Part shown: positions 9,511 through 17,705 of the stretch, piece by piece
Position numbering within the stretch: the first letter of the stretch is position 1
How the letters are laid out: every line of letters begins with the position of its first letter
Source: an uncultured Kiritimatiellota bacterium
GTDB lineage: Bacteria; Verrucomicrobiota; Kiritimatiellia; RFP12; UBA1067
NCBI GenBank assembly: GCA_934667295.1
Contig: CAKULR010000001.1
Location: forward strand, 1-33,141
Reading direction: 5' to 3'
DNA: 33,141 nucleotides
Position numbers and translations under genes: made by a program
The notes under the pieces: generated by a model
Seen by the model: only the letters and a program-made list of their open reading frames with translations
Databases searched by the model: none
Told to the model about the DNA's origin: nothing

Positions 9511-11130
9511 TCACTTCTGTCCGAAGTCGGGTTCGCGGCGGCCCTGGTAGTTCGTGCGGTTGTGCTTCGCCTTCTTGGCGTTTGCCGGATGGACGAACTT
9601 CTTCTCCTTCTTCGGCTGGTCCCAGAAGCGCGCGCCCGGATGGCGGGCGTGGCCCTTCTTGTTGCGCGCACCGCCCCGGATCCAGGGGGCCTGGGGCATG
9701 CCCTGGTCCTGCTTGCCGGCCTTGCGCTCGGCTTCCTCGGAGTGGAACGGCTGGTCGCGGTCGACGGGAACCGACTTGCGGATGTAGCGCTCGACGGCCT
9801 TGAGAAGCCCGCGTTCCTCGGGGGCGACGAAGGAGATCGCCACGCCGCTCTCGCCGGCGCGCGCCGTGCGGCCGATGCGGTGGACGTAGCTTTCCGTCTC
9901 GACGGGCAGCTCCATGTTGACGACGAGGTCGACGTCGGGGACGTCGATGCCGCGGCTCGCGATGTCCGTCGCGACGAGGACGCGCAGCGTCCCGTCCTTG
10001 AAGGCCTTCAGCGCGCGCGTGCGCTGGTTCTGCGTCTTGTCGGAGTGGATCGCCGCGACGGTGATCTCCTCGCGCTTCAGCTTCTTCTCCACGCGGTCCG
10101 CGCCGTGGCGCGTGCGCGCGAAGACGATGACGCGGTTCCACTCGGGATGGTTCTGCAGGAGGTGGATGAGGAGGCTGTCCTTGCTGCCCTTCTCCACGAA
10201 CATGCACTTCTGGTTGATGCGGTCCACGGTGGGCGTCTCGGGCGAGATCATGATCTGGACGGGATCGTGGACGAGTTCGCCCGCCAGCTTGAGGATCTCG
10301 GGCGAGAGCGTCGCCGAGAAGAAGAGCGACTGGCGCAGCTTGCCGGCGACGCCGTTCGCGGTGGCGCCGGGGGCGACCTTGTTCGGCGGCAGCTTCGAGA
10401 TGATGCGCTTGATGTCCGGCAGGAAGCCCATGTCGAGCATGCGGTCCGCCTCGTCGAGGACGAACATCTCCACCTTGTCGAGGAAGACGACGCCCTGCGT
10501 CATCAGGTCGATGAGACGGCCCGGCGTGGCGATCACGGTCTCGGCGCCCTTCTGGAGCGCCTTCACCTGCGGGAACTGCGACACGCCGCCGAAGACGACG
10601 GCGAACGGGAGGCCCGCATACTTCGAATACTTCGCGACGTTCTCCGCCGTCTGGGCGGCAAGCTCGCGCGTGGGGGAGAGGACGAGCGCGCGGGGATGCC
10701 CGGCCTCGCCACGCGGCGCCGCACCCTCCGGCGCGCCGGCCGTCTGCAGGAGGCGGTGCAGGATCGGCAGCATGAACGCCGCCGTCTTGCCCGTCCCCGT
10801 CTGCGCGCAGCCGATGAGGTCGCGTCCTTCGAGGAGGAAGGGGATCGCCTTCTCCTGGATGGGCGTGGGGACGGAGTAGCCGACCTCGCCGATCGCGTGC
10901 TGGAGGCGGAGGTCGAGCTTCCCGAAGACGTTCGCCTCGTAGACGGCGGGCGGAGGCGTCTCCGGCAGCGGCGGCACCTTCACGGCGTCGTCGCGTTCCG
11001 CGAGGCCGGGATGGCGCGGGCCGCGTCCGCCGCCGCCATGCCGCCGCTTCTTGTGCCTGTTGAAGAACGCCGGCTTGCCGCTCCTGAAGTCCTTGCCCTT
11101 GCCGCCGATCGGATAATGGAAATCGCCCAT
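9511..11130 (-). CDS. DEAD-box ATP-dependent RNA helicase (RhlE-like) with basic Arg/Gly-rich N- and C-terminal tails
   Basis: Q motif TPIQEKAIP, motif I AQTGTGKT, motif II DEAD, motif III SAT, motif VI HRIGRTARAG. Confidence 0.92.
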   Translation of the reverse strand: MGDFHYPIGGKGKDFRSGKPAFFNRHKKRRHGGGGRGPRHPGLAERDDAVKVPPLPETPPPAVYEANVFGKLDLRLQHAIGEVGYSVPTPIQEKAIPFLLEGRDLIGCAQTGTGKTAAFMLPILHRLLQTAGAPEGAAPRGEAGHPRALVLSPTRELAAQTAENVAKYSKYAGLPFAVVFGGVSQFPQVKALQKGAETVIATPGRLIDLMTQGVVFLDKVEMFVLDEADRMLDMGFLPDIKRIISKLPPNKVAPGATANGVAGKLRQSLFFSATLSPEILKLAGELVHDPVQIMISPETPTVDRINQKCMFVEKGSKDSLLIHLLQNHPEWNRVIVFARTRHGADRVEKKLKREEITVAAIHSDKTQNQRTRALKAFKDGTLRVLVATDIASRGIDVPDVDLVVNMELPVETESYVHRIGRTARAGESGVAISFVAPEERGLLKAVERYIRKSVPVDRDQPFHSEEAERKAGKQDQGMPQAPWIRGGARNKKGHARHPGARFWDQPKKEKKFVHPANAKKAKHNRTNYQGRREPDFGQK

Positions 11131-11196
11131 TTTACTACCTTTTGACTTTCTGTACTTTTCGTTGAACGCAGATCGCTGTCGCGATACGCGGAATCA

Positions 11197-11257
11197 GGCA
11201 ATGACCGATGTGGCTACAACGGCCCCTACGGGGCCTTCGCCACAATCGGTCATTGCC
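11197..11257. repeat. REP-like nested hairpin, copy 1
   Basis: The sequence is GGCAATGACCGATGTGGC...GCCACAATCGGTCATTGCC (18/19-nt arms with one bulge). It encloses the inner hairpin GGCCCC-TAC-GGGGCC. Confidence 0.8.
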
Positions 11258-11292
11258 CAGTTTGCGGCGTTTGGTCCATAACAGGCAAAACC

Positions 11293-11355
11293 GGTCGAAA
11301 AGGCATTGTGGCGTAGGCGACGCAGTCGCCGTCGTAGCCACATGCCTTTTCGACC
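11293..11355. repeat. REP-like nested hairpin, copy 2 (same architecture as 11197..11257)
   Basis: The sequence is GGTCGAAAAGGCATTGTGGC...GCCACATGCCTTTTCGACC. It encloses the inner hairpin GGCGAC-GCA-GTCGCC. It shares the (A)TGTGGC/GCCACA(A)T junction with copy 1. Confidence 0.8.
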
Positions 11356-11390
11356 CATTCTGCGTATGCGAAGCATTTGCGTTTCACCCC

Positions 11391-12533
11391 TTAGATGACT
11401 TCCCGGATGTACGTCTCCTTCAGCGCGCGCCACAGGACCACGCAGAACGCGGAGAGCGGAATGGCGAGGAGGAGCCCCAGCAGGGAATGGAAGACGACGC
11501 CCCAGAAGATGAAGCTGAAGATGACGCCCGCGTAGCCGAGACCGGTCTTCTCGCCCTGGATCTTCGGCGTGATGAGATAGCCGTCGAGGACCTGCCCCGT
11601 CAGCCACACCGCCACCACGAGGACGAGCCGCAACACGCTTCCCCCGTCGCCAAAGTAGGCGATCGGCAGGGCGAGCGGCAGGCACGTCACCGTCCCGAAG
11701 AGCGGCACGAGGTTGAGCGCCCCCAGCAGAAAGCCGATCACGAAGCCATACGGCAGCCCCACGAGCATGAAGCCGAGTCCGTAGAGGACGCCCTCGATCA
11801 GGCAGATCACCACCTGCCGCTGGAAGAAGTTCACGAGGATGTCGAGGAATGCGTCGATCTGCTTGGCGACGAACCCGCGCGTCCCCTCCCGGAGGAACGG
11901 CAGCTCGCGCACGTAGTCGCGCCCCGTCATCGCCGGGCGCGTGAGGAAGAAAACGAAGAAGATGAGCGCCAGGAGGGCGGAGCCGATGCTCGAAAGGGAC
12001 TTGATGAAGCCGACGCCGGCCCGCATCGCGTCCGCTCCGTACTCGTTGCCGACCGTCGCGACGAGCGTCTGCGAGAACTTCGCGGGGTCCGTGAGGAACA
12101 TGAGCGGCAGGTCGTCGGGCTTGACGCCGAGCTGCGCAAGCAGCGCCTGCGCGTTCGGGTAGTGGACGTTCAACCACGCGCTCAGGCGCGCCGCAACCGT
12201 CGGCGCCGCATGGACAAGGTGCGTGAGCTGGTCCACGACGAACGCCCCGCAGAACCAGCTGATGACGCCCAGCGGCAGCAGGATGCTCGCCAGCATCAGG
12301 AGAAGCGCCAGCGTCGGGTTGTGGACGAGCCGGTGGAAGCCCTCGTAGTAGGGCTTGAAGAAGAGCGCGAGGAAGATGCCCATGATCACGGGCACAAGCG
12401 CCGGCGCCACGAACGAAAGGCACTTCAGGACGCCCCAGCCGACGAGCAGCACGAAAGCCAGCACGATTGCGAAGGACAACACCGTCACGCCGGCGGCAAT
12501 GGTCCTCTTCTGGGTTGGCGTAAAATGAATCAT
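11391..12533 (-). CDS. AI-2E family (PerM/YhhT-like) membrane transporter
   Basis: The track ORF is 11391..12830. I start at ATG 12533 (MIHFTPTQKRTIAAGVTVLSFAIVLAFVLL) because the upstream 99 codons run through REP-like repeats. The product is a multi-TM protein with a family-typical C-terminal region (LNLVPLFG, ITPKIQGEKTGL, LLLAIPL). Confidence 0.82.
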   Translation of the reverse strand: MIHFTPTQKRTIAAGVTVLSFAIVLAFVLLVGWGVLKCLSFVAPALVPVIMGIFLALFFKPYYEGFHRLVHNPTLALLLMLASILLPLGVISWFCGAFVVDQLTHLVHAAPTVAARLSAWLNVHYPNAQALLAQLGVKPDDLPLMFLTDPAKFSQTLVATVGNEYGADAMRAGVGFIKSLSSIGSALLALIFFVFFLTRPAMTGRDYVRELPFLREGTRGFVAKQIDAFLDILVNFFQRQVVICLIEGVLYGLGFMLVGLPYGFVIGFLLGALNLVPLFGTVTCLPLALPIAYFGDGGSVLRLVLVVAVWLTGQVLDGYLITPKIQGEKTGLGYAGVIFSFIFWGVVFHSLLGLLLAIPLSAFCVVLWRALKETYIREVI

Positions 12534-12539
12534 GGCGAT

Positions 12540-12548
12540 AGTATAGCA
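12540..12548 (-). promoter_or_regulatory. Extended -10 box TGCTATACT, 6 nt upstream of the AI-2E transporter ATG (leaderless-type arrangement)
   Basis: The minus strand reads GGTTTTCTGCTATACTATCGCCATGATT. There is no SD between the box and the ATG. Confidence 0.45.
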
Positions 12549-12668
12549 GAAAACCGCCCCGTTCGGGGGGAAGGGAGGTTTTAGGTTCCAGCTTTTAGGT
12601 TTCAGGAGGGCCGCGCTCCTGTCCGGCGGGACGAGCCGCGCGTACGAACAAGGGCGGCACGTGTACGC

Positions 12669-12797
12669 GGTCGCAACAAGTTGCGCCCCTCCCGTGCAGC
12701 GACTCCACAACCTCCCCAACGGGGAACCTTTCCAAGCGGGCGGTCGCGCGGGAGGGTCGCAACTTGTTGCGACCGGGCCCTGCACGCGAAGGATCCG
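12669..12797. repeat. REP/MITE-like element, copy 1, built on the 18-bp palindrome GTCGCAAC-NN-GTTGCGAC
   Basis: The left arm is GGTCGCAACAAGTTGCGCCCCTCCCG (12669..12694). The right arm is CGGGAGGGTCGCAACTTGTTGCGACC (12749..12774). The arms are inverted and each is itself palindromic. The right arm continues as GGGCCCTGCACGCGAAGGATCCG, which recurs in copy 2. Confidence 0.8.
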
Positions 12798-12927
12798 CGC
12801 CACCCCCGGCCCAGTCAGATAGATACGCAATTCATTGCATCCGTTCCCACAGGCACGCCGCCGGACGAGACGGCACGGCGGACCGGGAAACAGACAGCCC
12901 CGGCTCCGCGCACATGGGGCACAAGGC

Positions 12928-13020
12928 GTGAGATTCCAGTGCGTAATAAAATCTCATCTCTGGCGTCTGGACTGGCGGAGATGTCGATCCGTGAGATTTC
13001 ACTGCGTAATAAAATCTCAT
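12928..13020. repeat. Two copies of a 30-nt hairpin-forming repeat separated by a 33-nt unique spacer
   Basis: GTGAGATTCCAGTGCGTAATAAAATCTCAT lies at 12928..12957 and GTGAGATTTCACTGCGTAATAAAATCTCAT at 12991..13020, with 28/30 positions identical. Each can fold as TGAGATT(T)...(A)AATCTCA. The repeats are AT-rich islands in GC-rich DNA. Confidence 0.85.
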
Positions 13021-13205
13021 ATGGCCGGGATCGTAGTTTGCAGAAGCGTTTTCGCCTCGGTAATCAAATATTATGGGCCCAAAGGACACAAACAAAACCT
13101 TTTCGCCCTTTGTGATCTTTGCGGCAAAAATCATCCCATTTCGCCACCCGATCTAAAAGCCGACGATTTTAGCCGTGTAGATGTGTGGAATTGCAGAAAG
13201 AGCGC

Positions 13206-13370
13206 GGCCGCAACAAGTTGCGGCCCTCCCGCCGTCGGAACTGTTCCGACGTGAAATCGCACGGCTGCGCGCGTCCGCCACCGCACATACCGCCATCGGT
13301 CGTGCAGGAGCGCGACCCTCCCGGGAGGGTCGCAACTTATTGCGACCGGGCCCTGCGCACGACGATCCGA
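13206..13370. repeat. REP/MITE-like element, copy 2 (same family as 12669..12797)
   Basis: The left arm is GGCCGCAACAAGTTGCGGCCCTCCCG (13206..13231). The right arm is CGGGAGGGTCGCAACTTATTGCGACC (13322..13347), followed by GGGCCCTGCGCACGACGATCCG. The internal sequence differs from copy 1. Confidence 0.8.
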
Positions 13371-13387
13371 AACGATTCTGTGGTTCA

Positions 13388-14494
13388 TCAGGGGCGAACC
13401 TCATTCTCCATATCGTGCCACGAAGCCTCCAAAAGGGAAAACTGCAAGGTCGCGCTTCGGGCAAAGGCGTCGCACGCCCCCTTGTCCTCAACCTTGATCC
13501 CCGTCTCCTCATCTCCGTCTACGTACAAAGCCGAGGGGTCCGTCGGCGTGCGCTCAAGCTGGACAAATCTCCTTGCCTGTCCCGTCGAATCGTATTCGCA
13601 GATGATTCTTGGCTCGTTGCGTCCTTGGCGGAAACGCACCAGCACGGGAGAACCTGCGCCCTCGTACCGTGCCATCATCTCATATCCAGTTGCTGACATC
13701 TTGGCGACTCCCACCACCATGACGTTCGTCCCGTTCCGGGCAATCTCCATCAAGCCCACAATTCGCCCCACGGACGGAATGTTCTCGTCTGAGAAACACG
13801 AGACCAAGTGTTCCCCTTCCCTCTGGGGAATCCTGTCCTTTCCAGTCTTCATGCAATCACAGGCCTTTGAATACATGCGCCTCGCCCCTCGTAGCAATGT
13901 AAAGGAGGAATGATTCCGGGAGAACCGCCGCATATACTCCCTCCTGTTCTTCCAGAGGGCCTGAAAGGGCAAGTCAAACCGTTCGAAGCCGTTCGCCTCA
14001 ACGTCAAACAATTCCGCGTTGGCAACATCGTAGATAAACAGCCGATGGTTTCGGGCCGTCTCCCGCCCCTTCCCCCTACTCCGACAGTCACTATCGTCAA
14101 ACACAATCAATTGCCGGGAATCGGCAAACCGCCCAGGGACCCTGGCACGTTCGGATTTCCAAGTCCCATTCGTGACCACCACGGACATTCCGCCCGGAAA
14201 ACCGGGTATGTAGAAATAGAGGTTGTCCCCCGATTTCAGCCGAACCTTCTCGCAGGAATCCGCCTCCCGGGACAGCTTCCGATTCCCGCGATTGGAGATC
14301 GACCACCGGAATCGCGTCTCCATCAACGTCACTTCAAGCCCCGCCTCTCCACGCCGTTCAACATGCGAGAAGTGACGGGACAGCACATACGGAAACGTGT
14401 CCTTGAACGTCTCCTTCCCAGCGGCGGCATCCAACGGGGCAATCAACGCCGACACACCTAAAAAGAATACGCACGCCTTGACAATCTGATTCAT
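13388..14494 (-). CDS. Orphan secreted protein (368 aa), no recognisable domain
   Basis: The track ORF is 13388..14938. I start at ATG 14494 (MNQIVKACVFFLGVSALIAPLDAAAG, a signal peptide), which is preceded by GGAGAGGAAAAAGGC. The upstream extension crosses the fusA terminator. The gene is noticeably less G+C-rich than the neighbouring housekeeping genes. Confidence 0.6.
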   Translation of the reverse strand: MNQIVKACVFFLGVSALIAPLDAAAGKETFKDTFPYVLSRHFSHVERRGEAGLEVTLMETRFRWSISNRGNRKLSREADSCEKVRLKSGDNLYFYIPGFPGGMSVVVTNGTWKSERARVPGRFADSRQLIVFDDSDCRSRGKGRETARNHRLFIYDVANAELFDVEANGFERFDLPFQALWKNRREYMRRFSRNHSSFTLLRGARRMYSKACDCMKTGKDRIPQREGEHLVSCFSDENIPSVGRIVGLMEIARNGTNVMVVGVAKMSATGYEMMARYEGAGSPVLVRFRQGRNEPRIICEYDSTGQARRFVQLERTPTDPSALYVDGDEETGIKVEDKGACDAFARSATLQFSLLEASWHDMENEVRP

Positions 14495-14520
14495 GCCTTT
14501 TTCCTCTCCGCGCTCGGAAC

Positions 14521-14548
14521 GACAAAACCGCCCTCGCCCGCAGGGCGG
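14521..14548 (-). terminator. Rho-independent terminator after fusA
   Basis: The minus strand has CCGCCCT-GCGGGCG-AGGGCGG followed by TTTTGTC. It starts 45 nt downstream of the fusA stop. Confidence 0.6.
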
Positions 14549-14592
14549 GGGAGGACGGCTTCTCATTGTCTCGGGGAGAGACCGCGCGGACG

Positions 14593-16695
14593 CTATTCGG
14601 CGCTCGGGCGGACCTTGCCTTCCTTGATGCGCTTCTCGATGACCGTCTTCGCGATCGAGGCCGGAACCGGCTCGTACTGCTTGAAGATCATCGTGAACGT
14701 GCCACGGCCCTGCGTGACCGTGCGGATCGCGTTCGAGTAGCCGAACATCTCGCCCAGCGGGACGGTCGCCTTGATGCTCTTCATGCCGCCACGGTCGTCC
14801 ATGCCCTCCACGCGGCCACGGCGCTGGTTGATGGAGCCGTTCGCCGCGCCCATGTACTGCTCGGGCACCACGACCTCGACGTCCATCATCGGTTCCAGCA
14901 GCTGCGGCTTCGCCTTGAGGAAGCCCTGCTTGAAGCACTGCATCGCGCAGGTGATGAACGCGAATTCGTTCGAGTCGACTTCGTGGTAGGAACCGAAGTA
15001 GACCGTCACCTTGCAGTTGACGACCGGGAAGCCCGCGAGCGGACCCGCCTCAAGCGCCTTGCGGACGCCCTTCTCGACGGCCGGGATGTACTCCGTCGGA
15101 ATCACGCCGCCCTTGACCTCGTTGACGAACTCGAACTCCTTGCCGGGTTCCTGCGGTTCGAGGCGGAGGCAGACGTGGGCGTACTGGCCGCGGCCGCCGG
15201 ACTGCTTGACGTGCTTGTACTCGCTCTCGACCTTCTGGGTGAGCGTTTCGCGGTAGGCGACCTGCGGGGCGCCCACGTCGCACGCCACGTTGAACTCGCG
15301 CTTGAGGCGGTCCACGATGACTTCGAGGTAGAGTTCGCCCATGCCGGCGATGATCGTCTCGGAGGTCTCCTGGTCGAAGGTCACGACGAAGGTCGGGTCT
15401 TCCATCGCAAGCGCGTGGAGCGCGACGCCGAGCTTTTCGTTGTCCTGGCGGGACTGCGGCTTCACCGCGACGGAAATCACCGGCGCCGGGAAGTCGATCG
15501 ACTCCAGCGTGATCGGGTGGTCGGGGTCGCAGAGCGTGTCGCCCGTGCGCGTCTCGGTGAGGCCCACGCACGCCACGATGTCGCCGGCGTGCGCCTCGTC
15601 CAGGGGCTCCTGCTTGGCGGCGTGCATGCGGAAGAGGCGGGAGATGCGCTGCTCGCGGTTGATCGTGGAGTCGAGCAGTTCGGCGCCGAGCTTGAGCGTG
15701 CCCGAGTAGACGCGCACGAAGGTGATCTTGCCGCCGGACTTCGGGTCGTTCATGATCTTGAACGCGAGGCCGCAGAACGGCTCGCTGTCGCTCGGCTCGC
15801 GCCGCTGCGACGGATCGTCGGCGGAGACCGCCGGGCCCGCGTCGAGCGGGGACGGCAGGTAGTCGCACACGCCGTCCAGCAGCTGCTGCACACCCTTGTC
15901 CTTGAACGCGCTGCCGCAGAACGCCGGCGTGATCGTGCGCGCGATGCAGCCCTTGCGGATGGCCTTCTTGATCTCATCGACCGTCAGCTCCTCGCCCGCG
16001 AAGAACTTCTCCATGAGGGCGTCGTCCTGCTCGGCCGCGCTCTCGACCATCTTCTGGCGGTACTCCTTCGCCTTCTCGACCATGTCGGCGGGGATCTCCT
16101 CCTCCGTCACCGTCTTGCCGAGGGTCTTCATGTCGTAGCGGAGGGCCTTCATCGAGATGAGGTCGACGATGCCGCTGAACGTCTCGCCGGCGCCGATCGG
16201 CAACACCATCGGCACGGGCGTCGCGCCGAGCTGGCTCTTCATCTGGTCCATGACGGCGTAGAAGTTCGCGCCCACGCGGTCCATCTTGTTGACGAACGCG
16301 ATCTTCGGCACCTTGTACTTCTCGCTCTGGCGCCACACCTGCTCGGACTGCGGCTGCACGCCGCCGACCGCGCAGTAGAGGGCGACCGCGCCGTCCAGCA
16401 CGCGGAGCGAACGCTCCACCTCGGCCGTGAAGTCCACGTGTCCGGGGGTGTCGATCAGGGAGAGGCGGTAGGCGCCCCACATCACGCACGTGGCGGCGGA
16501 CTGGATCGTAATGCCGCGCTCCTGCTCCTGCACCATGAAGTCCATCGTCGCGGCGCCCTCGTGCACCTCGCCGATCTTGTAGTTCTTGCCCGAATAGTAA
16601 AGGATGCGCTCGGACGTCGTCGTCTTGCCGCCATCGATGTGGGCCATGATGCCGAAGTTGCGCACATGGTCAAGCGGGAAGGGTTTAGCTGCCAT
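14593..16695 (-). CDS. fusA: Translation elongation factor G (stand-alone, not in an rpsL-rpsG-fusA-tuf context)
   Basis: The product is 700 aa. It has G1 [10 protein letters not shown]3 DTPGHVDF and G4 NKMD, and EF-G domains II-V can be followed through to the C-terminus. Confidence 0.93.
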   Translation of the reverse strand: MAAKPFPLDHVRNFGIMAHIDGGKTTTSERILYYSGKNYKIGEVHEGAATMDFMVQEQERGITIQSAATCVMWGAYRLSLIDTPGHVDFTAEVERSLRVLDGAVALYCAVGGVQPQSEQVWRQSEKYKVPKIAFVNKMDRVGANFYAVMDQMKSQLGATPVPMVLPIGAGETFSGIVDLISMKALRYDMKTLGKTVTEEEIPADMVEKAKEYRQKMVESAAEQDDALMEKFFAGEELTVDEIKKAIRKGCIARTITPAFCGSAFKDKGVQQLLDGVCDYLPSPLDAGPAVSADDPSQRREPSDSEPFCGLAFKIMNDPKSGGKITFVRVYSGTLKLGAELLDSTINREQRISRLFRMHAAKQEPLDEAHAGDIVACVGLTETRTGDTLCDPDHPITLESIDFPAPVISVAVKPQSRQDNEKLGVALHALAMEDPTFVVTFDQETSETIIAGMGELYLEVIVDRLKREFNVACDVGAPQVAYRETLTQKVESEYKHVKQSGGRGQYAHVCLRLEPQEPGKEFEFVNEVKGGVIPTEYIPAVEKGVRKALEAGPLAGFPVVNCKVTVYFGSYHEVDSNEFAFITCAMQCFKQGFLKAKPQLLEPMMDVEVVVPEQYMGAANGSINQRRGRVEGMDDRGGMKSIKATVPLGEMFGYSNAIRTVTQGRGTFTMIFKQYEPVPASIAKTVIEKRIKEGKVRPSAE

Positions 16696-16734
16696 TTCTG
16701 TCTACTCCTGGTGTGTTCAAAAAAGTGAGCAAAT

Positions 16735-16764
16735 AGTTTATCGCTTTTATTGGGCGGAAAGCAA
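16735..16764 (-). promoter_or_regulatory. Candidate sigma70-type promoter of fusA
   Basis: The minus strand has TTGCTT, an 18-nt spacer, then TAAACT. About 40 nt of leader follow, containing the SD CCAGGAGTAG before the ATG. Confidence 0.3.
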
Positions 16765-16815
16765 GGGGAAATCTGAAAAAGTTGAAGAGACGGCGAAAAT
16801 CGGAGACGGCGGGGA

Positions 16816-17703
16816 TCAGGGGAGGACGGCACTCGCGTAGCGGTCGTGGCCGGCGTAGTCCGGCTCGACGCGGATGTCGTCGAAACCCGCGTCGAAGAAG
16901 AGCTTTCGGAGCGCGGCGCCCTGTCCGTCGCCGATTTCGAAGAAGACGCCGCCGCCGGGCCGGAGCACGTTGAGGGCGTCGCCGACCAGGCGCTCGTAGA
17001 AGTCCAGGCCCTCGGGGCCGCCGTCGAGCGCGTTCATCGGCTCGTGGTCGCGGATGCGCGGGTCGAGCGCCGCGCAGTCCGCCGTGCGGATGTAGGGCGG
17101 GTTGGAGACGAGCACATCGACCGTCTCCGGCTCATCGAAGTCGTCGAGGCCGTCCGCCACCGTGAACGCCACCCGGTCGGACAGTCCGCACCGCGCCGCG
17201 TTCTCGCGCGCAAGCGCCACCGCGTTCGCGGAGATGTCGATGCCCAGGAACGCGGCCTCGCCCGGGAACTCCTTCGCGAGGGAGAGGAGGATGCACCCCG
17301 ACCCCGTGCCGACGTCCACGACGAGCGGGGGTGTGGACGAGGGGGACGGCCGGGAGGGCGACGCAAAACGCGCCTTGAGGAACTTCAGGACGCGCGTGAC
17401 AAGTTCCTCCGTCTCGGGGCGGGGGATGAGCGCCCGCCGGTCGCACGTGAGCGTGAGCGAGCGGAAGTCCCACTCGCCGAGCACGTACTGGATCGGTTCG
17501 CCCTTCGCAAGGCGCGTCATGCCGCGCCGCATCGCCTCCACGTAGGCTTCGGACGGCGTTTCCGCGAGGTGGGGAGAAAGAAAGCCGCGGCCGCATTTCA
17601 GCAGCCGCGCCACCAGAAGTTCCGCCGCAACCTGTGCGTCCGGCACGCCCCGGCCCGCGAGATACGTCCCGCCGAGCCGGAGGATGTCACCCCAGGTCTT
17701 CAC
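16816..17703 (-). CDS. prmC: Release-factor glutamine N5-methyltransferase PrmC/HemK
   Basis: SAM motif VVDVGTGSGCILLSLA and catalytic VSNPPYI. The GTG start lies 2 nt after the stop of the upstream gene. Confidence 0.88.
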   Translation of the reverse strand: MKTWGDILRLGGTYLAGRGVPDAQVAAELLVARLLKCGRGFLSPHLAETPSEAYVEAMRRGMTRLAKGEPIQYVLGEWDFRSLTLTCDRRALIPRPETEELVTRVLKFLKARFASPSRPSPSSTPPLVVDVGTGSGCILLSLAKEFPGEAAFLGIDISANAVALARENAARCGLSDRVAFTVADGLDDFDEPETVDVLVSNPPYIRTADCAALDPRIRDHEPMNALDGGPEGLDFYERLVGDALNVLRPGGGVFFEIGDGQGAALRKLFFDAGFDDIRVEPDYAGHDRYASAVLP

Positions 17704-17705
17704 CG

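Noticed and set aside
12851-12885. Similarity of GGCACGCCGCCGGACGAGACGGCACGGCGGACCGGG to the 29085..29229 repeat family.
   Set aside because: The two share only short GC-rich words (CACGG, GGGCAC-like). I cannot align them convincingly by eye, and in this G+C-rich DNA such matches are expected by chance.
12928-13020. Calling the two 30-nt repeats a CRISPR array.
   Set aside because: There are only two repeats and one spacer, no cas genes in the window and no further copies here. This is below any reasonable threshold for a CRISPR call. I keep it as a repeat and a low-to-moderate interest finding instead.
12832-13134. The 100-aa minus-strand ORF containing the duplicated peptide MRFYYA(V/L)(K/E)SH.
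   Set aside because: The duplication simply reflects the 30-nt DNA repeats. There is no SD, the composition is odd and the ORF spans unrelated repeat families. It is probably not coding.
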